Counted from the stretch's first letter, positions 10,868 to 20,415 are shown. The stretch: DNA of 64,000 bases from Bacteroidales bacterium (GCA_035325985.1 DAOKYW010000016.1:4126-68125); one strand, 5' to 3'. Translations and numbers: made by a program. Notes: generated from the sequence alone by a model not told the origin.

Positions 10868-10875
10868 CAAAAGTA
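10868..10875 (-). promoter_or_regulatory. candidate -7 box (TACTTTTG) with a -33 TTTG 19 nt upstream, for pgi
   Basis: TAnnTTTG sits 25 nt upstream of the pgi ATG. TTTG at 10895-10898 (minus) has the 19-nt spacing typical of Bacteroidota sigma-A promoters. Confidence 0.5.
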
Positions 10876-10919
10876 TTGGAAATTTGCCTGACCACAAATG
10901 CTGCCGTCGATACCGACAC

Positions 10920-10953
10920 AAAAAAGAAACAGTCGCTGGGTGCGACTGTTTCT
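10920..10953 (-). terminator. intrinsic terminator with no annotated gene upstream of it
   Basis: The minus strand reads AGAAACAGTCGC-ACCCA-GCGACTGTTTCT followed by TTTTT. That is a 12-bp perfect stem, a 5-nt loop and a T-run. There is no T-run on the plus strand. Confidence 0.7.
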
Positions 10954-11064
10954 CCGAACCAAAAACCAAAATTTATGAAAACCTTCAACGCACAATGATA
11001 GTTTTACATTTACTGCAACTATGCTTTTGTTTTGTTGAGCTACGATGCAAAAATAATAGCGAAC

Positions 11065-11113
11065 ACAAGCGCGGCTTGTTAAGGAACGCTAATGCTTGTT
11101 AAGATATGTTAAC
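11065..11113 (+). promoter_or_regulatory. repeat cluster (GCTTGTTAAG twice at 20-bp spacing, one TGTTAAC, one inverted ACAAGC) upstream of the sensor kinase
   Basis: ACAAGC-GCG-GCTTGT palindrome at 11065-11079. GCTTGTTAAG at 11074-11083 and 11094-11103. TGTTAAC at 11107-11113. All lie 39-87 bp upstream of the ATG at 11152. Confidence 0.4.
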
Positions 11114-11151
11114 TATCTGTTTTTCAGATTATAGATGGATAATTTTGCATT

Positions 11152-12576
11152 ATGAACCGCAAGCTCATCATCTTTATTATTGCATCCATGTCGATTGCCC
11201 TGCTGGGCATGCTTGGCATACAGATTTATCTGGTGGGCGAAGCCATCAAAGTGAAGGAAGCCACTTTTGTGCGCGATGTTAATCAGGTGATGCACCAGGT
11301 GGTGATGCGGTTGGAGAAGGATGAACTCAAACGGCAGTACGAACACCATTTGAGTGTTATGAGCCGGCGTTCAGGCATTGTTTCGGCCTACGATTCCATC
11401 AGCAAAAGCATGCTCGAAGAGCTTCAGAAGCCCATGAGCGTTGAAGAGTACAGCATATTCATGCGTCGCGTGCTCATCGCTCAGGAAATGCTTCAGGATA
11501 TGTTGCTGGGCTATAATGAAGAAAAAAGCATGAGACAGGACGAGCCTGTTCGCATCGACTCGCTGGTGAAAGCCGAGCTGAAGCGCAGTGGCATAGATAC
11601 TCAATACGAACTTGGCATCTATAGCCCTACGCGCAACGCCTTGCTCTTTCAAAAGACCGGCCGCTATCCGCAAAAACTTCTCGAAGAAGCCTTTGCCTTC
11701 GATATGTATCCGACCATCACCCCCGGCCAGTTTGCCGACAAGCTGCTGATATTCTTCCCTCACGAAAAACGTTTCATCATTGGTCAGCTGAGCGATCTTT
11801 TTGTGCTTTCAGGGCTCTTTGTGGCCATTATTATATTAGCCTTTGCAGCCACTATTTTCACCATTCTAAGACAGAAACAGCTTTCGGAGATGAAAAACGA
11901 TTTCGTGAATAATATGACGCACGAATTCAAGACACCTATTTCGACCATCGCTTTGGCATGTGAAGCTCTGAGGGACAACGACATACATAAATCGGAAGCT
12001 CTGTACAACACCTACATCAACATGATTGATGAGGAAAATAAGCGTCTCGGTGCCATGGCCGAGCAGATACTGCAGTCGGCTGTGCTGGAAAAAGGAGAAC
12101 TCACGCTACGCAAAGACAAGGTGGATCTGCACGAGGTGGTGCGTCAGGCCGTCGCCAGCAAACAACTGATGGCCAAGTCACGCAACGGGCACATATTCAT
12201 CGAGCTTAAGGCTGATTATGCCGAAGTATTGGGCGACAAGGTGCACCTGACCAATGTGATGCTCAACCTGATCGACAATGCCCTTAAATACACCGAAGAA
12301 GCCCCTCAGGTAGTGGTCAGGAGCCGCAACATCCCCAATGCCATAGAGATCAGTGTTCAGGATAACGGCATCGGCATCAGCAAATCGAATCAAAAACGTA
12401 TTTTTGAAAAACTTTATCGCGTTCCCACCGGAAATGTTCACAACGTGAAAGGTTTTGGTCTGGGACTCAGCTATGTAAAAGCCGTGGCCGAAAAACTGGG
12501 CGGTATGGTGGGCGTAAACAGCGAACTAAAAAAAGGATCAACATTTTTTATCCGACTACCTTTGTTTAAATCATAA
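11152..12576 (+). CDS. membrane sensor histidine kinase (RprX-like)
   Basis: 474 aa. Two TM segments, H-box MTHEFKTPIST, N box NLIDNALKY, G boxes DNGIGI and GFGLGLSYV. TAATTTTG lies 4 nt upstream of the ATG. Confidence 0.9.
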   Translation: MNRKLIIFIIASMSIALLGMLGIQIYLVGEAIKVKEATFVRDVNQVMHQVVMRLEKDELKRQYEHHLSVMSRRSGIVSAYDSISKSMLEELQKPMSVEEYSIFMRRVLIAQEMLQDMLLGYNEEKSMRQDEPVRIDSLVKAELKRSGIDTQYELGIYSPTRNALLFQKTGRYPQKLLEEAFAFDMYPTITPGQFADKLLIFFPHEKRFIIGQLSDLFVLSGLFVAIIILAFAATIFTILRQKQLSEMKNDFVNNMTHEFKTPISTIALACEALRDNDIHKSEALYNTYINMIDEENKRLGAMAEQILQSAVLEKGELTLRKDKVDLHEVVRQAVASKQLMAKSRNGHIFIELKADYAEVLGDKVHLTNVMLNLIDNALKYTEEAPQVVVRSRNIPNAIEISVQDNGIGISKSNQKRIFEKLYRVPTGNVHNVKGFGLGLSYVKAVAEKLGGMVGVNSELKKGSTFFIRLPLFKS

Positions 12577-12587
12577 TCACTGAAGAC

Positions 12588-13280
12588 ATGGAAAACCAGA
12601 TCAAAGTGCTGCTTGCCGAAGACGACAAGAACCTTGGTACCATTTTGAAAGCATACCTCGATGCAAAGGGCCTGCCAACCACGCTGTGCAGCGATGGCAG
12701 CGAAGCCCTTGAAAGATTTAAACGCGATGATTTTAACTTCTGCATCCTCGATGTGATGATGCCGGTAATGGACGGTTTCGCGCTGGCAACCGAGATCAGA
12801 AAGATGGACAAAAAAGTGCCTATGCTTTTCCTCACGGCCAAAGCCTTGCAGGAAGACAAGCTCAAAGGCTTCGAGTTGGGAGCTGATGATTATATGACCA
12901 AACCTTTCAGCATGGAAGAGCTGATGCTGCGCATCAAAGCTATCATCCGCCGCTCGGCCGAGGACACAGTGAAGCCCACTGTATTCAAGGTAGGACGCTT
13001 CACATTCGACTATAACCGTCAGCTGCTCAGCCTCGATAATGGAGAAGAAAACAAGCTTACTTCCAAGGAATCGGAGTTGTTGCGTCTGCTTTGCGAAAAC
13101 CTGAACAGGGTGCTCGACCGCTCGGTGGCCCTGAACAAGATATGGTACGACGACAGCTATTTCAACGCCCGGTCGATGGATGTTTACATTACCAAACTCC
13201 GCAAATATTTTAAACCTGATCCCAATGTGGAACTGATGAACGTGCACGGCGTGGGTTTCAAACTGGTGGTAAACGAATAA
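12588..13280 (+). CDS. OmpR/PhoB-family response regulator (RprY-like)
   Basis: 230 aa. REC domain (LLAEDD, ILDVMMPVMDG, TKPF) plus a winged-helix output domain. Starts 11 nt after the kinase. Confidence 0.93.
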   Translation: MENQIKVLLAEDDKNLGTILKAYLDAKGLPTTLCSDGSEALERFKRDDFNFCILDVMMPVMDGFALATEIRKMDKKVPMLFLTAKALQEDKLKGFELGADDYMTKPFSMEELMLRIKAIIRRSAEDTVKPTVFKVGRFTFDYNRQLLSLDNGEENKLTSKESELLRLLCENLNRVLDRSVALNKIWYDDSYFNARSMDVYITKLRKYFKPDPNVELMNVHGVGFKLVVNE

Positions 13281-13319
13281 CAGTCAGCCCCGCAGGCTTC
13301 AACATTCATCAAGCGGTCA

Positions 13320-14549
13320 TCACTCTCTCCATTCCCTCCAGTACTGACTGTGGTTGGGGCTGGCATCAGGGAACACTACACGCATATCCTCCAGAACCCG
13401 CCAGTAGTGTGCCGATCCCGGCCCGGCCGACTTGTTGGTGAGCACAATCATGACGCGGTCGTTTTTCAGGTCGCGAAGAAAATAGGAACGAAAACCCTTC
13501 CACCAGCCGTAATGGTAAACCGTGCTGTCGGCTGAGGCCTTGATACGCCAGCCAAATCCATAATTATCGCTAAACCTGCGACGAGGACTTCCCGGACTAT
13601 AAGCTTCCCGCAGGGTTTCGTCCCTAAGCAGCAAACCATTTTCGAGCGCCATGTGAAACTGATAGAGATCGCGGGCCGTTGCGTGCATGATTTTGTCGCC
13701 CATCACACCGTTAAGATAGTCTTCGGGCACGCGCTCCAGGCCGCGCCGCCGCACATCGTAGCCCGGCACAACGTCGGTCCTGAACTCCATAAGTTGCTCT
13801 TCGGAGGGCATTCGATAAATTCCGGCATTGTACATCCGTGCCGGATTGAAAATCCTTTCGCGCATGAACACATCAAACGGCAACCCGCTCACCCTTTCGA
13901 CAATGCTGGCCAGCAGCGCATAATTGGTGTTGCAATAATTGAAACCCTTGCCCGGAGCAAAGTACGGCTGCGGCTGATGATTCACAAACAGCCTGATCAT
14001 CTTCTCGTTAGTGAGCGGTTTTTCTTTGTCGGCCCAAAACTCATCCGCCACATACTCGTATCTTGGTAATCCGGATCGGTGAGTGAGCAGATGTCGCACA
14101 GTTACACCGGCATAAGGCCACTCGCTGATGTATTGACGGATGTCGGCATCCAGATCAACCAGTCGCTGTTCGACAAGCATGAGAACCGCTGTGGCCGTAA
14201 ACATCTTCGAAACCGATGCCAGCTCGAAACGGCTGCCTAAATGCAGTGGATTCTTCTTCCGCTGCGGAAATTCATAACCAAAGGCTTTTTCATAAACTAC
14301 CCTGCCCTTTTCGGCATAAAGCACCACGCCATTGAGACCTTCGTTGCGGTGAAGCTTATCAAAAAGACTGTCGAGCTGACGGTAGCGCTCGCGGATGAGA
14401 CGCTGCTCCAGATTTTTATAGATATCGGCAGCCGGCATAATCTGAAAATGCTGAAGACTTTCCACTGATGGCTCGTGGCGCGAACAGGCCGTAAACAAAA
14501 GGCAGGAAAAAATCGCAGTGGCAAGCAACAGGCTTTTCATCAGAAGCAT
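13320..14549 (-). CDS. serine hydrolase / beta-lactamase family lipoprotein
   Basis: 409 aa. Signal peptide ending LFTAC, and SxxK motif SVSK. Confidence 0.85.
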   Translation of the reverse strand: MLLMKSLLLATAIFSCLLFTACSRHEPSVESLQHFQIMPAADIYKNLEQRLIRERYRQLDSLFDKLHRNEGLNGVVLYAEKGRVVYEKAFGYEFPQRKKNPLHLGSRFELASVSKMFTATAVLMLVEQRLVDLDADIRQYISEWPYAGVTVRHLLTHRSGLPRYEYVADEFWADKEKPLTNEKMIRLFVNHQPQPYFAPGKGFNYCNTNYALLASIVERVSGLPFDVFMRERIFNPARMYNAGIYRMPSEEQLMEFRTDVVPGYDVRRRGLERVPEDYLNGVMGDKIMHATARDLYQFHMALENGLLLRDETLREAYSPGSPRRRFSDNYGFGWRIKASADSTVYHYGWWKGFRSYFLRDLKNDRVMIVLTNKSAGPGSAHYWRVLEDMRVVFPDASPNHSQYWREWRE

Positions 14550-14619
14550 TTTGGGCGGGCAAAAGTAAGGCTAAATGACCGGCAACACCAATGCCGGCCA
14601 TGCTAAAAAATTGAAAAAG

Positions 14620-14985
14620 TCAGGCCGCAAACCTTGCCGGATGCTCATTATCAACGGGTGTTGTCAAAACCGGAATATGGCCCGATTCAGGTCCTTGGGA
14701 AGATGTGGATGGTCTTTGTAGTGGTATCAGCCGGTGAATATCGGTTTGCGGAAAAACTCCAATGGCGCCAATGACCTTTCCATTCAGGTCAATAGCGAGG
14801 ATTTGCCGTGGATGGCTGCCCGAGGCCATGGCAATGAACGCCTTTCCGTCTGTTTAAGTGTAAGGATGAGGAAACTGGTCGGTCAGATAGGCTGCAACAC
14901 GCGGATTGTTGGCGTATCGCACGAGCTTGTCAAGACCTGCATCCTCCCAGGGCCTGAGAAGATCTATATCGTTGTTTTTCAGCAT
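14620..14985 (-). pseudogene. GNAT (RimJ/RimL-type) N-acetyltransferase remnant
   Basis: ATG at 14985 reads MLKNNDIDLLRPWEDAGLDKLVRYANNPRVAAYLTDQFPHPYT. An in-frame TAA follows at 14854-14856. The same frame then continues TDGKAFIAMASGSHPRQILAIDLNGKVIGAIGVFPQTDIHR. Beyond that point the family-typical IGYW...WGKG core is missing and the frame ends early. Confidence 0.6.
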
Positions 14986-15333
14986 TTTATGGTTTTGATT
15001 AGAACATCTTCAACTTCAGGTAAAATCAACAGAGGCAAAAGATCGGCGGATGCCTCTTGCATAGTGTATGGAGGGATAGCCGAAAGCTACAAAAAGACCT
15101 TTCTTGCTTTTACTTTTTATGTTGTGCTCATTGCGGAAAGCGGCAGCCTTTCAGCCTTGCTGAATGAATGGATGAACTGCTCCGGGCATGCATGTGCCCA
15201 GGCCGAGGGCTTCGCCGCACTTTCTTTGGTCCTGGTGGTTGGAATGGGCATAACTTCAACGATATATTCACACAGACATCCAATTTACCCTAAGGTTGAC
15301 AACACGAATATGAGCCGATTGCTCAATGCGCCT

Positions 15334-15888
15334 TTATAGCCCAAAAATTCTGGCGTCCACAAAAAAATCTGCTTCCAGGCTGATATGGTACTCTGATGCA
15401 ATAAGCTTATCTGCAACGGTGCTCACCCTCAGGCTTATTTTATCCTTGATCAGAAACGCCTTAAGGTTGGCGTTGGTGGTTTGCAAGTCCATCTCCCTGC
15501 CAATATTGTCGGGGATGTTATCGCGCCAGGCCACCTGGGTTTCGGGTTGCCCTTCGGCTATCTGGAAAACCCTGACAGATTTAAGGAAGCTGAAATCACC
15601 ACTTTCCGGAGATATCACCTTCAGACGCAGCCGGCGTAGTTGGACGCTTTCAACCAAATCAGCATTGGTGTTGTTGCGTTCGAACTCCACCATGGAGTTG
15701 GTTGGGATAGGTGGTGTGATGATGTTGAAGGGAAGGTTTACCCCAATAGTAGAAGGTAGGATAACCGTCTGGGTTGTTTTGATGGTAAACTGCGTCAGCT
15801 TCCTGGCGGCCTTGCAGCATGGCAGGGTCAGCGCCAGGGCGATAAATAGGATTGCAGTGAAATGTTTGCTTTTGTTCATGTTTGTCAT
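15334..15888 (-). CDS. hypothetical lipoprotein
   Basis: 184 aa. Signal peptide with Cys (ALALTLPCC). No family recognised. Confidence 0.55.
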   Translation of the reverse strand: MTNMNKSKHFTAILFIALALTLPCCKAARKLTQFTIKTTQTVILPSTIGVNLPFNIITPPIPTNSMVEFERNNTNADLVESVQLRRLRLKVISPESGDFSFLKSVRVFQIAEGQPETQVAWRDNIPDNIGREMDLQTTNANLKAFLIKDKISLRVSTVADKLIASEYHISLEADFFVDARIFGL

Positions 15889-15907
15889 TTCACCATCTGA
15901 TGGTACT

Positions 15908-16957
15908 TCAGGTCAGGAGCCTTTTTGCAGCTTCCACCAAACCGTTGATATCGTCCTCGGTGGTATCAAACGAACACATCAGCCTTACTTCGTTTTCGGC
16001 TTCGTTCCAAACATGGAAAAAATATTCTTGTTGAAGCCTATTAATGAGCGTCCTGGGTAGGATTGCAAAAACACCGTTGGCTTCGACCGGCCTGCTCAGC
16101 CGAATGCCATCGACAGTTGCAATGCGCTGTCCGAGCAGCCCGGCCATATAATTGGCCTGACGTGCGTTGCGCTCCCAGAGTCCGGTGCCGAGATAAATGA
16201 TGAATTGCGCCAGAATGAACCGCATTTTACTGGCCAGCTGCATGCTTTGCTTGCGGCTGTATTCAAAACCCCTGGCCAGTTCACTTTTCATGAAAACCAC
16301 GGCTTCGCCAAACATGAGCCCGTTTTTGGTACCACCAAACGACAATACATCAACGCCGGTCTCAACAATCATGTCATAAAAGCTAACCCCCATGGCTACG
16401 GCTGCGTTGGCAATCCGGGCGCCATCAACATGGAGATACATATTGTTGGCATGTGCAAAACGCGCTAAGGCAGCAATTTCATCACAGCTGTAGAGGGTGC
16501 CCTTTTCGGTGGCCTGCGAAATACTGATCAGGCGCGGCTGCACATGATGTTGAAAACCAATGCTGTTTAAAAACGGCTCCACATCACTTGGCGATATTTT
16601 GCCATCTTCGGTGTGCACTGTGAGAATTTTGCCACCGGTAAACTTTTCGGGAGCTCCGCCTTCGTCTTCGTTCAAGTGGGCCGAGTGCGGGGCTACCACG
16701 GCTTCCCACGAGCGCAATAACTGCTGCACGGCCAGCACATTGGCCCCTGTGCCATTGTAAACAAAAAAAGTTTGACTATCAGGTCCGAAATGTTGCCTGA
16801 ACAGCTCCTGCGCCTGTTCGAGAAGGGGGTCGTTTTCGCCATAGGCGGGATGGTGAGCGTGATTGACTGCCCGAAGCGCCTCCATCACGTCGGGCGAAAC
16901 GCCCGACCAGTTGTCGCTGGCAAAGCCTTTGCGGCCACCAATTCGAAATTCTGTCAT
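15908..16957 (-). CDS. ltaE: threonine aldolase family protein (PLP-dependent)
   Basis: N-terminus MTEFRIGGRKGFASDNWSGVSPDVMEAL is typical of the family. Start trimmed from 17074 to ATG 16957. Confidence 0.75.
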   Translation of the reverse strand: MTEFRIGGRKGFASDNWSGVSPDVMEALRAVNHAHHPAYGENDPLLEQAQELFRQHFGPDSQTFFVYNGTGANVLAVQQLLRSWEAVVAPHSAHLNEDEGGAPEKFTGGKILTVHTEDGKISPSDVEPFLNSIGFQHHVQPRLISISQATEKGTLYSCDEIAALARFAHANNMYLHVDGARIANAAVAMGVSFYDMIVETGVDVLSFGGTKNGLMFGEAVVFMKSELARGFEYSRKQSMQLASKMRFILAQFIIYLGTGLWERNARQANYMAGLLGQRIATVDGIRLSRPVEANGVFAILPRTLINRLQQEYFFHVWNEAENEVRLMCSFDTTEDDINGLVEAAKRLLT

Positions 16958-16998
16958 TTTATGAACCGTTTCGGCAAAATTACAGATTGTCGATCCGA

Positions 16999-17268
16999 TT
17001 ATCGTCCTAAAAAGGTAAACAAATACAGGCAAATAAATAATAGTGCAGGAAAGGCAATGACGAAGAGCTTCCATAGGATATGTGCGCTGCGGGCCTCTAG
17101 AAAAAACAGCCCAACAAGCACAAATTTCAAGGCTGCCAAGGCAAGTATTGCTCCGTTGGCAATCAAGGTATTCGTTTGAATTTTTAACAACAATGCTCCG
17201 CCAAGTGTAAGCAGGCTAACGACAAAAAAGACACTGATAAGCAGACGAATATGATTTTCCATTACCAT
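16999..17268 (-). CDS. small membrane protein, prokaryotic cytochrome oxidase subunit IV family (NorF-like position)
   Basis: About 88 aa with 3 predicted TM segments, including ALAALKFVLVGLFFLEARSAH. The start is ATG 17268, or ATG 17262 which overlaps the upstream stop as TAATG. Confidence 0.55.
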   Translation of the reverse strand: MVMENHIRLLISVFFVVSLLTLGGALLLKIQTNTLIANGAILALAALKFVLVGLFFLEARSAHILWKLFVIAFPALLFICLYLFTFLGR

Positions 17269-17831
17269 TGAATAAGGTACAATAGGGGGAAAAGAACAAG
17301 CCAGATGAGATCGCACATGTGCCAAAAGGATGCCGTGGCTTCCATGCTTTCCATGCTAAGTTTGCCCTTCAAATTATTGACAATCGCAACAACAATAATC
17401 ACAAGACCGGCAAGGACGTGCACCAGATGAAAACCTGTCAGCAGCCAGTAATAGAGGAAAAAAGTATTGTAATACAGCCCAATACCCGCTGTCAACTTGC
17501 TGTTATATTCTATTCCCTTGATCAACACAAATAATGTACCTGTAAGCATTGCCATCAACATCATGCTATTGGCGGGTCGATTTTTTCCTTCGCGTACATT
17601 TTGCACCGCAACGGCCATAAAAAACCCACTGCTTAGTAGTAGCAATGTGTTGACAAATCCAGCATTACGGTCAAGTAATTTAGTCGACCCGACAAAGCTT
17701 TGTCGTTCGTGTAAAGAGGAAATTCCAAATCCGATCAGCGCCAGCCCAAAAGTCATTAATTCGACAATGATGATAATCCAGATCAGCAATCCGCCGGGAG
17801 GATAGGCAATGTTGGCGGCAACTCTTTTCAT
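17262..17831 (-). CDS. norE: cytochrome c oxidase subunit III family protein (NorE-like)
   Basis: 189 aa with 5 TM segments. Carries a CoxIII-type C-terminal region (WLLTGFHLVHVLAG...FWHMCDLIWL). Its ATG overlaps the norD stop (ATGA). Confidence 0.8.
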   Translation of the reverse strand: MKRVAANIAYPPGGLLIWIIIIVELMTFGLALIGFGISSLHERQSFVGSTKLLDRNAGFVNTLLLLSSGFFMAVAVQNVREGKNRPANSMMLMAMLTGTLFVLIKGIEYNSKLTAGIGLYYNTFFLYYWLLTGFHLVHVLAGLVIIVVAIVNNLKGKLSMESMEATASFWHMCDLIWLVLFPLLYLIQW

Positions 17832-19591
17832 AGCTGCTTGATTTTCGCGTAAAGCTTCACGAGTGCCGCCATCATTTCGCTGGGTTTGGTAAGTATCTGA
17901 AAATGTGAGGCTCCAAACATTTGTGGTAAATAGTAACGGGCCTGTGCTTCAATAGCAAATGCAAAAACGTTGATTTGCTGTTGATGAAGTTCCTTTAGCG
18001 CCTGCTTCACATCGGCAATACCGTAACGCCCCTCATACCGGTCGTAATCATTGGGTTTTCCGTCCGAAAGCAATATCAGCCACTTGTTTTTAGCCTGACG
18101 TTGCAAAAGCTTTGCACCCGCATGTCGCAATGCCACCCCAATGCGGGTATACCCTTCCGGTGAAAGCGATCCGGTATAACCGGCCGTTGACGACCATTTT
18201 TCATCAAATCCTTTAAGTAAGGTAAAATTGCTGTGGTTGCGGGTTTGCGAACCAAAACCTGCTATCGCAAAGTCAATATTGTTTTCGTTTAAAATTTCGC
18301 CAAACAAAGTGGCAACCTGTTTCTCAACTTCGATCACTTTATTCCCTGCCGCATAGCTGTCCGTACTCAGGCTATTGTCGAGCAGTAGCATGATGGAAAG
18401 TTCCTTATCAATTTTTCGATCGGAGAGATAGAGCTTTTCCGAGGGAGTTTTGCCAGCCACTAAATCAGCATATCCATCGATTACCGCATCCAGATCAAAG
18501 TTTTCGCCCGAGCTTTGTTTTCGCACCTGACAACGTCTGTTGTTCACATTTGCAATCATTTTTCGCATGGTTTCCAGAACTTGAACGTTTTCTTCAATCA
18601 CGCGATTTCTAAAACCGTTGTTGTACTTTTCTGGTCGTCTCTCGTAGATCCTGCAAAAATCCTTATGGTATTCCTTTTTCTTATAGTCCCACTCGTCGTA
18701 AACATAACAGCTTTTCAATGCCGGAGCAGTTTCACTCTCGGCAACAAGCGTATTTTCAGTGAATTCGGCCTGGTAGATTGAATGTGTCGGGTCGTTGGTG
18801 CGTACAACCCAACGCATATTCAGCTCATCGAGTGCATCGTGGTGCTCGCTGAGCTGATCGCTTCCGTCGAAATCGCGCCACACTCCCTGAAACTCCTCGG
18901 CAGTTTCAACCTTCTCGAAATTATGGGTGAGCACATAGTCTTCCTGCTGCTTCTTATCGATGCGGGCAAGTTTGATTTCTTCGACAGCTTTTGCTTTTAC
19001 CACAGTTTGTGCATCATTCGGTGCGTTTCCGCATCTCGAATCTTCTGCAAAGTTTATACTGGGGTTGTTCAGATTATTGTCGTTGACGCTCATCCATCTT
19101 CCGTAAAGCCATGACACATCGGGTGTTCGGCCTTTTAAAGCGCACAGCTGCAATGCTTCTGTCAACTCATGATGCAGGATCGCTATTTGCGGATAGTCCC
19201 CGATCAAATAATTGAGTACGGCTTGATGCGTCTCGTATGCCTTTCGTTGCGAAAGCTCTACACTGTGATCGGTTTGAGAAGACCAGTTCAAACCAAGCTT
19301 GTATTGACCTGAAAGATACAGCACCCTAAAAAGGTAAAACTTTTCATTGAGCAACCTATTGGGAAAGAGATCGAATTGGGATGGTAAAAACCAGCTCAAC
19401 CCTTTGCTGCCTCCTTCCCGTTCGGCCGGAAATAATTCGACCGGTTGAGCCGTAAATGCCCGAGCCAGTATAGTCAGCCGGTGTTTCAACGCTTCAAGTT
19501 CTACCCTCCTGCCTTGCAAAGCAGCATCAGGGCGGCGCACTGCCCTAAGTGCTTTAATCGCTTTTGCAAACAGAAACTCATCCAGTGCCAT
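17828..19591 (-). CDS. norD: nitric oxide reductase activation protein NorD (C-terminal VWA domain)
   Basis: 587 aa. The C-terminal von Willebrand A domain has a MIDAS-like LLLDNSLSTDS. Located directly after norQ. Confidence 0.85.
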   Translation of the reverse strand: MALDEFLFAKAIKALRAVRRPDAALQGRRVELEALKHRLTILARAFTAQPVELFPAEREGGSKGLSWFLPSQFDLFPNRLLNEKFYLFRVLYLSGQYKLGLNWSSQTDHSVELSQRKAYETHQAVLNYLIGDYPQIAILHHELTEALQLCALKGRTPDVSWLYGRWMSVNDNNLNNPSINFAEDSRCGNAPNDAQTVVKAKAVEEIKLARIDKKQQEDYVLTHNFEKVETAEEFQGVWRDFDGSDQLSEHHDALDELNMRWVVRTNDPTHSIYQAEFTENTLVAESETAPALKSCYVYDEWDYKKKEYHKDFCRIYERRPEKYNNGFRNRVIEENVQVLETMRKMIANVNNRRCQVRKQSSGENFDLDAVIDGYADLVAGKTPSEKLYLSDRKIDKELSIMLLLDNSLSTDSYAAGNKVIEVEKQVATLFGEILNENNIDFAIAGFGSQTRNHSNFTLLKGFDEKWSSTAGYTGSLSPEGYTRIGVALRHAGAKLLQRQAKNKWLILLSDGKPNDYDRYEGRYGIADVKQALKELHQQQINVFAFAIEAQARYYLPQMFGASHFQILTKPSEMMAALVKLYAKIKQL

Positions 19592-19616
19592 ACTATCGTT
19601 TTTGGGATTAGTCCAC

Positions 19617-20399
19617 TCAAATCATCAGATTACTTAAATCGATGAGTGCCTCGATCATCTGATCGTCGTCGCTTAGCGGTTCAATTACTGCTGATTTTAC
19701 TGCCAAACGCTTTGGCAGACCCGATTGTATAAGCTTTGCAGCATCAACAAGCAACCTGGTCGAAGCCGTCTCAGTCAATCCGAGATCCTTAAGCCCGCGA
19801 ATTTTGCTACCTATCGCTACAAGGCGTTTGGCAATTTCGCTCTCCACCCCAGATTCGTGAATCAGGATTTTTTGCTCGGCATCGGATGTTGGATAACCAA
19901 AAGGTATGGCCACAAAGCGTTGCCGTGTGGAGGGTTTAAGCTCTTTAAACCCTTTTTGATAACCTGGATTGAATGATGCTACCAGTAAAAAATCATCATG
20001 CGCGTTTATAGTTTCTGCAAGCTTATCGATGTAAAGCTGTCTTCTGAAATCAGTTAAGGGGTGAATTGCAACAATCACATCTGGACGGGCCTCGGCTACC
20101 TCATCAAGATAGATAATAGCGCCGTTTTTAACGGCAGTAGTTAGCGGCCCGTCGAGCCAAACTGTCTCGGAGCCCTTTATTATGAAACGCCCGATAAGGT
20201 CGGTGGCCGAGGTTTCTTCGTGACAGCTGATGGTGAGGAAAGAACGCCCCAGTTTCCATGCCATATACTCAACAAACCTGGTTTTACCCGTGCCTGTCGG
20301 CCCCTTAAGCAATACCGGTAGCCTATTGGCTGCCGCATGCTCGAACACTTCTATTTCCTTGCCCGCAGGCAGATAAAATGGTATGGTGTTATCAGGCAT
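19617..20399 (-). CDS. norQ: CbbQ/NirQ/NorQ-family MoxR AAA+ ATPase
   Basis: 260 aa. Walker A GPTGTGKT and Walker B IIYLDEV. Confidence 0.92.
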   Translation of the reverse strand: MPDNTIPFYLPAGKEIEVFEHAAANRLPVLLKGPTGTGKTRFVEYMAWKLGRSFLTISCHEETSATDLIGRFIIKGSETVWLDGPLTTAVKNGAIIYLDEVAEARPDVIVAIHPLTDFRRQLYIDKLAETINAHDDFLLVASFNPGYQKGFKELKPSTRQRFVAIPFGYPTSDAEQKILIHESGVESEIAKRLVAIGSKIRGLKDLGLTETASTRLLVDAAKLIQSGLPKRLAVKSAVIEPLSDDDQMIEALIDLSNLMI

Positions 20400-20415
20400 T
20401 ACGAATCGTCATTTT

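Noticed and set aside
11113-11349. 78-aa minus-strand ORF overlapping the sensor kinase start
   Set aside because: It is antisense to the kinase N-terminus and is His-rich and low in complexity. It is not needed to explain the orphan terminator at 10920-10953, which lies about 160 nt further downstream.
14734-15339. 201-aa plus-strand ORF covering the GNAT remnant and the following gap
   Set aside because: No family resemblance. It overlaps the antisense GNAT-homologous frame and runs through an apparently non-coding region, so it is probably spurious.
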